A DNA stretch of 61,722 bases, counting the filler, from Dugesia japonica (lineage: Eukaryota): the NCBI GenBank assembly GCA_001938525.1. It is 5 parts of 5 records of this genome, joined end to end, with 100 filler letters (N's around TTAATTAATTAA, not from the genome) between each part and the next. Parts side by side here need not be neighbours in the genome. Positions count along the whole stretch, not along the records: positions 25,473 to 34,931 come from MQRL01400521.1; positions 35,032 to 43,823 come from MQRL01553304.1; 3 more parts are not named here. One strand, given 5' to 3'. A program made the position numbers and the translations under genes. A model generated the notes under the pieces. It did not search any database. It worked only from the letters and a program-made list of their open reading frames with translations, and had not been told where the DNA came from. Position 1 is the stretch's first letter, and the number at the start of each line of letters is the position of its first letter. Positions 25,833 to 37,559 of the stretch are shown in pieces.

Positions 25833-28800
25833 ATTCAAAATTAATCCAACGTAGTCCTTCAAAAAGAAGTGCAAGTAGTGAAGGTCGAAAATCAGTATCA
25901 AATTCGTTTTCAATAAACGAATCTCATAATCAGTTATCACCACATTATATTAGGAGTGGAATAGGATCGGTGCCATCACAATTAAACATTCATCCATGGT
26001 CTGATGATACTAATCATAATACATCTCTAAATCATACCGCTGCTGCCTGGGTGACATATGCTCAGCAACAAGCTGCTGCTGCTGCTTATATGGATCCACA
26101 AGTAATATTAATTTTTAGAATTTTCTTTGGCTTGTAAATTATTAATTTTTGCTATTTTGTAAAACTTTAGNNNNNNNNNNNNNNNNNNNNNNNNNNTTAA
26201 ACATATTTTTAGTTAAAATTTGATGTCTGTTGATTTTATAATGTTTTATATTAATGAAATTTGAGAATATGTAAAGCAAATATCTAATTTCTTTAATTTA
26301 AATTTCTTTAGTCCCTATAAAATGTCGTCAGTTTAATTCAGGAAAGGTTTGCTGGTTGTAATAGCTGTAAATTTTACAAGTGAAATATTTTTATATTTTA
26401 TTGGCTGGTTTCAGTTTGTGTCTCTATAGAGTCCAAAATTTTCCAATTTCTTGTGCTTGTTTTCAACGGAGTGCAATTTTTATCGGAATTACTTATATCT
26501 CTGTGAGAAAAGCAAAAATCGTAGATTTGGATTGTTCTAAATATGCTAAAAAATATTGATAAGTTGTGTGCTGAATTTATAGGCAGATTTTAGGAAATAT
26601 GAAAGTATTTTCTCAGTTATTATATGTTATTAGATAATAGTTATTAGACTGTTATCAAAGTGAGCTAATTGATTTGAAGCCTGATATGAACTTGAAAAGA
26701 GCATATGGTAACTTTCTACAAAAAATTATGTATCTTAGGAAGATGACGTCACTTTTTGGCAGTAAATATTGCTTCAAAGTAGATAGCGAATTCAGCGCAT
26801 AGAAGAACATCCCGCATTCAGTTTCGTATTGCCACCACATCAGTCAAAGTTGACATTAATAAATTGTACCAAAATACAAAATACCAAATTTCGTATTAAT
26901 TAAAGTAAATGGTGTTTAATTACCTTTTTGATAACTAGTGCATTGTACTTCATAACTCAATACGCTAGTTATCAATAGATTATAATCTTTACATGTTTTT
27001 ACGGTAACTGGTACCAGTAGTTGTTCCAATGCTCGAATGAGCCCTATCAATGGAAAATATTGCATACCCCTGTTTTAATTGCTTTCGATTCTCTTGTTCA
27101 TTATGTTAATTATGTATTTTCCTTGATTGTCGTTCATTGTATTTGAGGTATGATGTTCTTATATTCTATATTAGTTGCTAGGTTTCTGTTTTGACTGATA
27201 ATTGCTTATTACCATGGATTTCTTTTCTTAATCATGTACTGGTATGTCTGATCCATTTAATCTGATTTCTACTTAATTTTCTCTGGTTAAATTCCAATTC
27301 CACAATTTTTATTTAAAATATTTACTTAGTGGCCATAAATTTTGCTTTTATATCTTAATTGAAATATCTTTTATTTAGAATTCATTAAAAATAAAAGCTT
27401 CGATCAAAAAATTTTATATTGTTTTTTTGAGATTGATTCGATATTTCGACTAATGTCTTCGTCAGGAATTGACTTTTCCTGAGTCAATTCCTGACGAAGA
27501 CATAAGTCGAAATATCGAATCAATCTCAAAAAAACAATAAAAAAATTTTTTGATCGAAGCTTTTATTTTAAATGAATTCTAAAAAATGATCAATGGTTAC
27601 GTCCAACAATTATTCTCGCAATAATTGCAATTGTAAAATCTTTTATTTGATATAGAATTATTCCTCGCATAATGTTTATTATGTTATTTAGTTTCCATTA
27701 TATTTTATGTTTACATTTATTGAAATAAATAATAACTTCAATTCGTGAGTTTATTATTAAATAATTAAAGATAACAATATATGATTATAGTGTATTCCGT
27801 ATACTTAAAAATTGTACTCGTTTGAAATGGTAACAGTCCTTATTAATTAACTTGAGTATAAGTAAAAATATCTAAAATTTTGACAAACATGGGCATTAGT
27901 AATTTATTTAGTAAATAACAATTAAATAATTGAATGTCACAAATAATTAGGAAATATGTAAATACATACGAACGTGTCGACACATACAGCAGAGAAAAAC
28001 CACTTGCGATATTTTGATAGAAAGGAATAGAAGAAAGTCTTGAGATGAAACTTGGATTACTTTAGGATTACATTTTGGTAATCCTAAGCGTGAAAGATCG
28101 TGGGTTGATCCAAATTATTCGACAAATTCAATCGCAAAACGCTAATTTTCATGGGGAAAAGTGCTATTGTGTTGGTAGTGGGATCAAAAATGTATTTTGT
28201 ACTAGGACCTACTGAAACCATTAGAAACAGTTACTGATAATCGTTATGAATATCAAATAATGAAATTAAATCATAAACAATTAAATCCTCGCAGCAAAAT
28301 GACCAGAATAGGCTACCAAGCATGGAACAGTGATATTGCTGCACGATAACTTCCGGGCTCATATTGCAAAACCTGTCAAAGGCAAGTGGAAAGAGCTGAA
28401 ATAGGAAGTCGTACCATACCCCATCTACTCAGAAGACATTGGTCCGTCGCATGTTCACTTGTTCCAGTCGATGGCACACGGTCTATTGGAGCAGAGCTTC
28501 ACGAATGATGAAGATTTCAAAAAACGGGTAGATAATTGAAATGCTTCGAAACAAGATCAATTCTTCCATGATAGAATGCATAAATTATCCAAAATTTTGG
28601 GAAATGTTTGAAATTATATGTAAGAAAAATTNAACTTGACTTTTTTCCTTGTCATTGATTTTTTAAATCGTAAAAATCGGTAGTCATACTGTACATCTAA
28701 TAAATAAAGAATAAGATAATGATGAAATATAATCATCTCTGGATGCAGTGGCGTAGCTACAGGGAAGCAATGCTTTCGGGCCCCCGGCTTTAAGGAGCCC

Positions 28801-31148
28801 ATTTAAAAATTTATTTATTTATTTATGAAAAAATCATATATTTAATTAGCTTTTTTTGTTTAATAAATAATAATTAATAATAAATACCGTTTCTAAATAT
28901 TAAAATATCAAATACATTTATTTATTTTAAATTAAATTATAACTACAAAATGATATTATTAAATTATCATACACGTAACTTCATCTATTGGTTTCTGAAT
29001 AAATAAAAAAAATGTTAGTTTGTATTTACTAATGGGCGTAAAAAATCTAGTTACGCCAGTGGCTGGATTATTAAAATATAATTGCTAATCAAATTCTGCT
29101 ATATCAATTAAAACTTTCTTAATTTGAGTTGAATAATTTATTACTTAGTTTGGTTTCTTTGATGGAATATTGAATAGATTATTTTACTTCCATCTATTTG
29201 TTATTTTGTGTACATTTAGTTGTGTTAATCGATGTTTTGTACTTTATGGCTACACATTTATATGATTTTATTATCTGTATATTTTATTGATAGTGATTTT
29301 GCTTTCCAACATATTTAAAGTTCTCAAATTTCACTTTCTTTTAAACGCATTTCTTAATTCTTATTATGGATGTCTATAAATTTAATGGTAAGTACTAGAC
29401 TATTTTACAACCAACAAAATTGTATAGAAATTCACACAAATTTCTGGGGTTTTCATATTACTGTTTAAATACCTAATTCTTCAGAAATTCTTGTAATTAC
29501 ATCATACAAGCATCCATTATTTTAGTGGAAAGTATGATTGATTTATTTTTTCGATTTTTATTTTCTTTGTATTTTTAAATACTTTCACTCTTGTATGTTT
29601 AAAATGTAATATTTTTTATTCTTTTTACGTAATTTTATAATTTACATTTGAAATGTTTGCTGTGGAAATTTATCGTGACTAAATCGTAGAACCTTCTTAA
29701 ATTTAATTCTACTTTTAAAAATTTTTTTATATTGTTCTATATTGGATATATTTTTGTTAGTCATCATAGTTATAAAGTTTTCTTACGGTGGCAATGTATC
29801 AAAACATTTTTAAAGAAATTATTTTTGTTCATCAAGTAAAGAGTAAATTGATAATAATAAATACGATAATTGTGAATAATTTTCTCAGCATTACAATTTT
29901 AAATTCAATTTAATTAATTACTAATTATGAATTAAAATTTATCTAATCATTTAGATGAAAGCCTATTACAATTTGGCTTTGTCGCAGTCTATGTTGAATA
30001 ATCCATATTGTGGGTCTTATGGAAATCCTGCTGCCAATTCAGAAAATTTTTATTCTTCTCTTCATTCTCAGTATTTGAATAATTCAAAAGAATCAAGTGA
30101 AAAAATAAATATATCAAACGGTGGTGTTAGAAATCACAATGATCCCATGGGAACTTTCATGGAAGCTGCCCAAATGTCATCCTGGGAACATTTTTATTCT
30201 GCTGCAGCTATGGCCGGCTATCATAATTCATCACAGGGTGCAATGGATGAATATGCTGGTAAATAATTTAGTAGTATGTTTTAAATATTAATTTTAAAAA
30301 ATTATTTTCACAAATTTCCTTAAAACAATTTACCCTGAGTCATCCAGCTTTTTCTCTACAAATTATTTAAATTCACTATAAACTTTGTCTATCCTACAAC
30401 TAATTATGCTTAAGCTTGTAAAGAAACAAAAATCTTTAATAGTCAAAATTTAATGATAGTTGATGGTAAATCATGTTTTGGCTTATTTGACGACAAGGCC
30501 TTATTTTCAGAGAAACATGGTTATAAATTTAAAATTTCCAAATAATTTAAGTTATGCGTAATAAATACTCACATTTATTATAGTTCTGAAATAAGACTTG
30601 CAAGAACATTCATAATAAATGTACACTATAAAATAATGTTATAGTTATAACATTATTTCAGAACAACATATTTTGAAAAGATCAAAAGCGCTTTTTGAAG
30701 CAAAAATTAATATAGAACCGAGCTTATTTAACATGGTTTTTATTTTCGATAAATAACTTTGTTCTTTTTGAATTTGTTGATTTACTTGACGTATATCGAA
30801 ACATTTTTCTAATTACATTCTTAATGTTCAAACTTTGATGATACTATTTTAAAGGTCGAGCTGGAAATATGTTACAAGCTCATCATATGCTTGCGAATGG
30901 ATATCCTGGTTCAATGCTTGGAAGGGACCATTTTTCTATAGAAAATAATAAACCACCACTAGCACATCAGAATCAGTCTGGATCAACATCCCCAATTAAA
31001 TTAACTGCAGCTAGTTCAACTCCAGTGTCATCTTCACAGGCGGCGTATTCTCATGTTCAAATGCCTTATAGTCACTTCAGTGGTACAACTGTTGGTAATT
31101 TAGTTAATTTATGGAAATAATATTTTAACTACTTTAGGTTTTTTCTAA
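25833..31148 (+). CDS. 3' part of an unidentified gene with S/A/Q/Y/H-rich low-complexity C-terminus (transcription-factor-like); exons 25833-26101, 29955-30258, 30855-31094, 31138-31148
   Basis: Four phase-compatible AG/GT-bounded exons give ...AAAWVTYAQQQAAAAAYMDPQ|MKAYYNLAL...MDEYAG|RAGNMLQAH...YSHFSGTTVG|FF*; 5' end lost at the scaffold edge. Confidence 0.75.
27377..27637 (+). mobile_element. Fold-back Penelope-like non-coding element (subfamily A) with a hammerhead in each arm
   Basis: ~100-bp inverted arms (27374-27474 / 27482-27583) plus ~55-bp tail; 11-bp TSD ATCTTTTATTT at 27366-27376 and 27638-27648. Confidence 0.9.
27487..27520 (+). ncRNA. Minimal type I hammerhead ribozyme motif
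   Basis: AUUC-CUGACGA-A-GAC-AUAA-GUC-GAAA-UA-UC-GAAU: stem I AUUC/GAAU, stem II GAC/GUC, palindromic AUAU stem III, AUC cleavage triplet; mirrored on the minus strand at ~27436-27469. Confidence 0.78.
27940..28620 (+). pseudogene. Mos1-like mariner transposase relic
   Basis: LLKPLETVTDNRY...HIAKPVK...EVVPYPIYSEDIGPSHVHLFQSMAHGL...FFHDRMHKL. Confidence 0.85.
28746..29061. mobile_element. hAT-type MITE
   Basis: TIR CAGTGGCGTAGCTA / TAGTTACGCCAGTG; degenerate 8-bp TSD TCTGGATG / GCTGGATT. Confidence 0.75.
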
Positions 31149-31476
31149 TAATCTCAATGTGATGAAACTCGACAAAGCATAACACTTTTCCTTTATTAAA
31201 TGATCTCGTTTTGTACATAATTGTATAGCTTGATATTGATTTAATAACATGTATTATTTTAACTGCAAATTATCAGAATGTCATTGTTTTCCCATGATAC
31301 AGTGTTAAATTCGTATATGGAATTTTCAATGTATTTAAAAATTTCTAGTCATCAAAAATTGAAATTTTATTAAAATTTGTATTTTGATTTTTATTATACA
31401 TTATTAAATACAAAATAAATTCAATTATAATTTGTAATGAGGCATTCAAATCACTTAAAATATTATTATTTATAAA

Positions 31477-32201
31477 TCATTTAGCAATATTTTGAGCAGC
31501 ATTGTTTGTATTTATTGGTTCTTCATATTCTTCGTCTGAAATTGGTGGAGGTCCATAAGCAGCAAAGAAAAAGGCATCCTTTAGTTAACAAATATTAATA
31601 TTATGAATCGTAAATTTTCTAACCCGCATAGTAGACACTAAAGATCCCACTTTACTTTCAACCTCTTTATAAGCATTTGATTCCCTTGAAATTAATTTAG
31701 AAAATTAAACAAAGTGACAAATATATAACTTTGCTTCATGTAATTTTTTGCTCACAATATCTTTAGTTTCTAAAACAGCATTGGACGTTTTATCTTTGGC
31801 AGATGACAATACTTCAACAGTTTTATGATATCTATCAAAAATTAATACGCAACAACTTTATCAATTACATACGTAGCAGATTCCTTAATACTTTTAATAC
31901 CAGTTTGCAAATCTGTTTGTATTTCATCAAGAATGGTGTAACCCAATTTGCTTTTCAGTTCAGCTTCATGGTGTAGTTTTAAAGATAGATTAATGCGTAA
32001 TTCAGAAATTTCTTCTTGGGTCTATAAATTGCAACAATTATCATAAAAAATCTACGCATTTTACTCTTTTTAATTCTTCCTCTAATTTGTCTCTATCAAT
32101 TAGTTTGGAGTTAGTCTAAAAATATTTAAGCACAAATATTTTCAATATCTTTTTACATTTACAGATGAACTTTCAATTAAAGAATCATATGAATCTAACA
32201 T
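31477..32201 (-). CDS. TPD52: Tumor protein D52-family coiled-coil protein, 6 exons with ~40-45 bp introns
   Basis: Spliced: ...DRDKLEEELKRTQEEISELRINLSLKLHHEAELKSKLGYTILDEIQTDLQTGIKSIKESATYHKTVEVLSSAKDKTS...VSKKLHEAKESNAYKEVESKVG...; matches the D52 pattern EEIxTLRQVLxxKExxxxELKRKLG and YxKTxExLS; all introns GT-AG. Confidence 0.9.
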
Positions 32202-32949
32202 AATTAACGAGGCAATCTTTAATCTAAACTTTGCAGCTAAACAATAATTCAAATATATTTTCTTATAATTTGCTATAAACAAATTTACTTTAAATGAACA
32301 AAACATAAAAATTTGCTTTTATTGAAAGTAAAAATTTCAATAAAATTCATTTTTAAGATCCAACTTTACTTTTAAACTTAATATGAAAAATGTTGGTTTC
32401 AAAAAAAATCTTAATTTTTATAATAAATGATTTATTCTCTTATCGAATAAATTAACTTGTTTCTTAAATAAAAATTAATGCAAATTCTATTTATTAAAAA
32501 CATGATATCATGGACGCACGTTCTCTCCATCTCGATTGCAATCTTTGTGATTTTGTCCTGCAGTTGCGAGTCCATTTGATTAGCGCTGCTAGTTGACCTT
32601 TTGTGATATCGCTAAAATTCTTCATATCTTGCGGTGTATACCCATTAAGTAACGTTTATTGGTATAATTAAACGATAATCAATGTTGCAAGAATTAATGA
32701 CGAACAAATTTTGAACTCCATAAATTGTGAACGACCATTATTCGATAGCTAATTTGTTAACTATACCTATTAGTACGAAAATAATAGTGATTGAATAGTA
32801 ATGCAATGATGATTTCAATACGATTTGAGAATGTTTGAGAAAATCAAATTAAAATCGACTAAATATGCATGCGCTCACATACATGAACAAAACTTTTATA
32901 TTGTTATTTAATTATTGTTATTTAATTAATTGTAAACTAATATTAGAAA

Positions 32950-33792
32950 ATCTCAATTAATCATGAACGAATATTAAGAATTTTGACATATATTCTGAAT
33001 AAGTACGGTTTTCGAAGTTATTCAGCAATTAAGAAGCCATATTTGAAATTGCATCAACATTTCAGAAGACTTTCCTGGGCCATGACTTACAGTTGTTAGG
33101 ATGCAGATAAATGGGGTGATGTTGTATTCAGCGACGAGTGTATCTTTCAGTCATTCGTCATCAAGTAAATTATTGATTCGAAGAAACACATTGTAAAAAT
33201 ACAATACTACCTTTATCCAAGCAGTTATGCGACATACATGTATGGGGCTGCTTCAACAGTAAAGGAGTTGGATTTCTGAAAAGAATCAATGGAAATATGA
33301 ATGCTGAGAAATATCAAAAAGAGATACTTCATGATATAGACATAGTTGGTAAATTTTTAGTCTTTCCAAAAGCAGCATTCGTTTTTCAACATGATTTGGC
33401 TCCATCACATATCGCCAAAAGTTCATAAGCATTCCTAAAAAATAAAAATATTGATGTCTTATCCTGGCCAGGTAATTCTCCTGACCTGAATCCTATTGAA
33501 AATATCTGAGGTATCTTTAAACGGAAAGTAAGACCAATGATATACAATTCTGCTGAAGAATTATGGAATGAGATCCAAAGTGACTGGTAAAAACTTTCTA
33601 GTAATCTATCCAGGAAAATTATATTCTCGATGTCAAAAAGATTAGAATTGGTCAAAAAATCAAAAGCACATCCTATTAAATATTAAGACTATCATGTATT
33701 TATTTATTTATTAAATTTCCAGGCTGAAAAAATTCATTCCAATTAAAATTTGTATTTGTTATAGGGGGTGAACAGACTTTTTACGAGTACTG
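32950..33792 (+). mobile_element. Tc1 (DD34E) transposon relic, 3' half
   Basis: FSDEC...NMNAEKYQKEIL...FQHDLAPSH...WPGNSPDLNPIENI with 34 residues between D and E; right end ...GAGTACTG followed by TA. Confidence 0.88.
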
Positions 33793-33899
33793 TATAAACA
33801 TTTTATACGACTGGATAAACTCAATTAATATTTGAGAACAGAATCTTTTATGGAAATGAGTTTTGAAATTAATTATCCAATGAGTACTTTAAACTCATC

Positions 33900-34790
33900 T
33901 TACATGGTGGCAGCGGTTAACACCGATGCAATCACAGATAGATTGTTGATAAAAATATTTTTCAGAAGCGATTATCTAAGGAAGTTTATTAAATATATTT
34001 GAAATATATTTCGGGGCGAAGAACATAGTAATTAAGAAAGATCAGGAGCGTTTAATAACATTTGTGGCTGATGAAGATTTAATGGAAGCATTTGTAAAAA
34101 TATTGAAGAAAGCTGACGGATATCGGAGAGTTTGCGATTAGCTTTAAAGGGCAATAGAAAGGCAATAAAACATTTTGCAACTATTGGGGTGGTGGTGAAT
34201 ACTTTGTGGTGTTCTTCAAAAAAGTGGAAGATTTGGTCTATAAAATTTTAGCAAATGGAGAGCTGACGAAAGATAAACTCTTATCAAAAATGCTAATAAT
34301 TTGTGTAGATATTAAAAATGCATAAGAAGAAATAATCATGCAGAAATGGGAGAAAGTAGAAGATATTAAAGAAACACTGTCATTAATTAAAAAATTAGAA
34401 AGAAAAGAACCTAAAGACGCAGTCAAGAGTTATGCAGGTGTAGCACATGGAGAACGTACGAGAGAGAAGAGACAAAATATTGAGAGAGTTACGAAAAGAA
34501 CAGTGTTAGACATGCCAGAGTTATGGGCACACAAAACGAGAGTGTTTAAAAAATCACAAGTGGAATGTTAAACTTGCAACAAGAAAAGGCAAAAAGTGAA
34601 GTAGAAATTTCGCCGACAAGAAGCCACCAAAATGTTTTGGGTGTGGTAAGATTGGTAATATCAGAAGGATGTGTACAGAAATTGTATGCGGTAGATGTAA
34701 ATGACCAAGTCACAAAGCAGAAGAATGTCATTTGAAACTTAATAAATTAAGATTAGAATAAAGAAGATACAATTTTAAAAGCAGGCAACA
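33900..34790 (+). mobile_element. Gypsy-like LTR element relic: LTR end, PBS and decayed gag with CCHC knuckles
   Basis: ...TTACA followed by TGGTGGCAGCGG (tRNA primer-binding-site-like) at 33905; CFGCGKIGNIRRMC and CGRCK*PSHKAEEC. Confidence 0.72.
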
Positions 34791-34931
34791 AACGAAAGAT
34801 TAAGTCAGACCTAACAAATCCATGCTTTCTCTCTTTTATTCGTTTTCGTCATCATTGCTTTTGTTGGGGTTTAACTTAGGTGGGCTGATTTTTTAAGATT
34901 AGGTCTAGGGCCTTAAAAAAACCCGTGAGTA

Positions 34932-35031
34932 NNNNNNNNNNNNNNNNNNNNNNNNNNNNNNNNNNNNNNNNNNNNTTAATTAATTAANNNNNNNNNNNNN
35001 NNNNNNNNNNNNNNNNNNNNNNNNNNNNNNN
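34932..35031. other. Artificial scaffold-concatenation linker
   Basis: N44-TTAATTAATTAA-N44. Confidence 0.97.
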
Positions 35032-35302
35032 AATTTTTAATAATTTTTAATGAAAATCCAAGATTTATTTTTTCAACAAATCTTTTATATCTAATTATGA
35101 TTTCATGGTTTTTTAAATAATTTAACACGCCATTTAATTAAAAAAATTTTTGACACAACAAGTTTCGACAGTGTATATCTCTGTCATCTTCAGGCAAACT
35201 GTTTAAAACGACGAATAGAGTATATATACTTAAGTTCCGAATTATGTAATCAATTATGCAATAGTCTCAATTGATTACATAATGTGGAACTTAAGTATAT
35301 AT

Positions 35303-36162
35303 TTCATTAAAATAAGATAAAGCTTCGATCATAACAAAATTTATTTGTAAAAAAGTTCAAATTTTCGACAATAGNNNNNNNNNNNNNNNNNNNNNNNNNN
35401 NNNNNNNNNNNNNNNNNNNNNNNNNNNNNNNNNNNNNNNNNNATTCTTTAAATTTTATCAAAATTTTATTGGTTTATTTTTTTTAAATTTAATAATTTTT
35501 ATTTTTAAATCAACTCAAAAAATTTTCAAAAAACTTTTTTTGATTAATACAGAGAAGTCTTTTAGATATTATTGATATATTATACTTAGAATTTTTTAAT
35601 TTTAATTTTTTTGTAATTATTTTTGAAAATTTTTAATTTTTTAAAATGTTTTTTTAATTTTTAATTTTGTTTTGTGTTTTTTATACATATAATTTATGTT
35701 ATAAATATTATTTTTTAGAAAAATTTCTTTATTAAAATTCATTCAAAAATGAACTAATTTTACACAATATTATAAAATTAATTTTTTTCTGAACTAAAAG
35801 TTTTTAAAATTTCTTTAAAATTAGTATTAGGATAACTAATTAATATATTAATCAAAAAAATTTTTTTGAAAATTTTTTGAGTTGATTTAAAAATNNNNNN
35901 NNNNNNNNNNNNNNNNNNNNNNNNNNNNNNNNNNNNNNNNNNNNNNNNNNNNNNNNNNNNNNNNNNNNNNNNNNNNNNNNNNNNNNNNNNNNNNNNNNNN
36001 NAAGAAGCCAACATGTTCCTGAAGAAGACTATTGTCGAAAATTTGAACTTTTTTACGAATAAATTTTGTTTTGATTGAAGCTTTATCTTATTTCAATGAA
36101 ATCTCAAATGCGATCAATGGTTAATTCCAACAATTATTCTCACAATAATTGTAATTATAAAA
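35303..36162 (+). mobile_element. Long fold-back copy of the Penelope-like element (subfamily B) nested in the second family
   Basis: 12-bp TSD TTAAGTATATAT at 35291-35302 and 36163-36174; inverted arms 35303-35374 / 36029-36100 and 35501-35549 / 35846-35894; shared tail. Confidence 0.88.
36015..36048 (+). ncRNA. Minimal type I hammerhead ribozyme motif (variant)
   Basis: GUUC-CUGAAGA-A-GAC-UAUU-GUC-GAAA-AU-UU-GAAC: stem I GUUC/GAAC and palindromic AAUU, both covarying with the 27487 copy. Confidence 0.72.
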
Positions 36163-37497
36163 TTAAGTATATATACTCTATTCTTCGTTTTAAGCAGTTT
36201 GCCTGAAGAAAACAGATATACTGTCGAAACTTGTTGTGTCAAATAAATATTTAATTGAATGGCGTGTTAAATTATTTATTATTTTTTGTTGTATAATTTA
36301 AAATTTATTTATTGAAAATGACTATTAATTTCAAATAATAATAATTCGTTAAAATTTCTAAACAAAATTGAGAATGTGTAAAATAAATTAAAATCCGAAA
36401 TTTAAAGGAAAAAATAGATTTTCCAGGAAAGATTTAATCCGAATTACTCATCGTTAAGTTGAAGAAATATCGAAAACTATCTGAAAATAACAGTTGTTGA
36501 TAACATTTTGAAATTTCTTTTTCCTTCATCAATTTAAAATTAAGTGATTTTTAATTAATTTCAAATAATTTAAATAGTTATTTTTAATAATTGTAAATTT
36601 TATGAAAATAAATATTTCAATAATAATTTTCAGGTGTAAATGTTTTCATTAAATTATATTTTACATGTTTTATAATCGGAAACAATTACATTTTCTTTTC
36701 GTATAATTTTACAATGGTTTTTAATATGGAGAGTAAATTATAATTATTATTATTATTAATTAAAATGAATACTTAGGCAAAAAAATTTCTGAATTTTTAA
36801 TAGAAAATTTTAATCAATAGGCTGTCATTTAATAATAATAATAATAACAACAATAATAATAAGAATAATAAGAATATTCTTAATACAAACAATAATTAAA
36901 AATCAAACATATTAACGAACTCTTAATAATATATTCTAATATCATAAAATAATTCATAATTAAATATGCTAACAAAGACTCAGAAAAATTAACCAGAATT
37001 ATTTTTGTTCGTGAATAAATAGATTATTTCCTCCTTAAAATACGACCTACGTCATATGAAAACTGTAGATCTGTAAATAAGATTAAATATAACCCCAATT
37101 CTTACTAAATTGGCAAATACATCGGCGTGTCGCCGTGAATAATAAAATTTATTATTATCAATAGAAATATTTTTAGTTTGTTTTAGTTTTATAACATATC
37201 TTCGTTTTTATTTTATTTAGCTTCCTTTGATAATGAAAATCAGTTATAAGAGCAAATAAAATAAGCGTTAAGTTGAAGTTATTATGTTGGTGATAAGAAA
37301 TAAATGTCAACTTAAATTTCACGGATATTCAATGAATCAATTGATTTTCAATATTGAGAATTTAGATTTATTGATCAGGAAGTTTTATTTCAAATTAATA
37401 CGCTAATTTACCTTGTTAAGTAATAATATGTAGCTTACTTTCCTTTTAATTTCAATTTATTTCCATTTTAAAAGTAATACTTTTATTATATTTATTA

Positions 37498-37498
<1 letters not shown>

Positions 37499-37559
<61 letters not shown>
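37499..37559. repeat. (ATT)n microsatellite next to a gap
   Basis: Direct reading. Confidence 0.95.

Larger units (their letters stand above)
35114..36278. mobile_element. Second-family palindromic element with hammerhead-like cores (host of a nested insertion)
   Basis: Left arm 35114-35255 is the reverse complement of 35269-35302 plus 36175-36278; cores CTGAAGA-T-GACAG..CTGTC-GAAA (minus, 35163-35193) and CTGAAGA-A-AACAG..CTGTC-GAAA (plus, 36203-36229). Confidence 0.8.
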
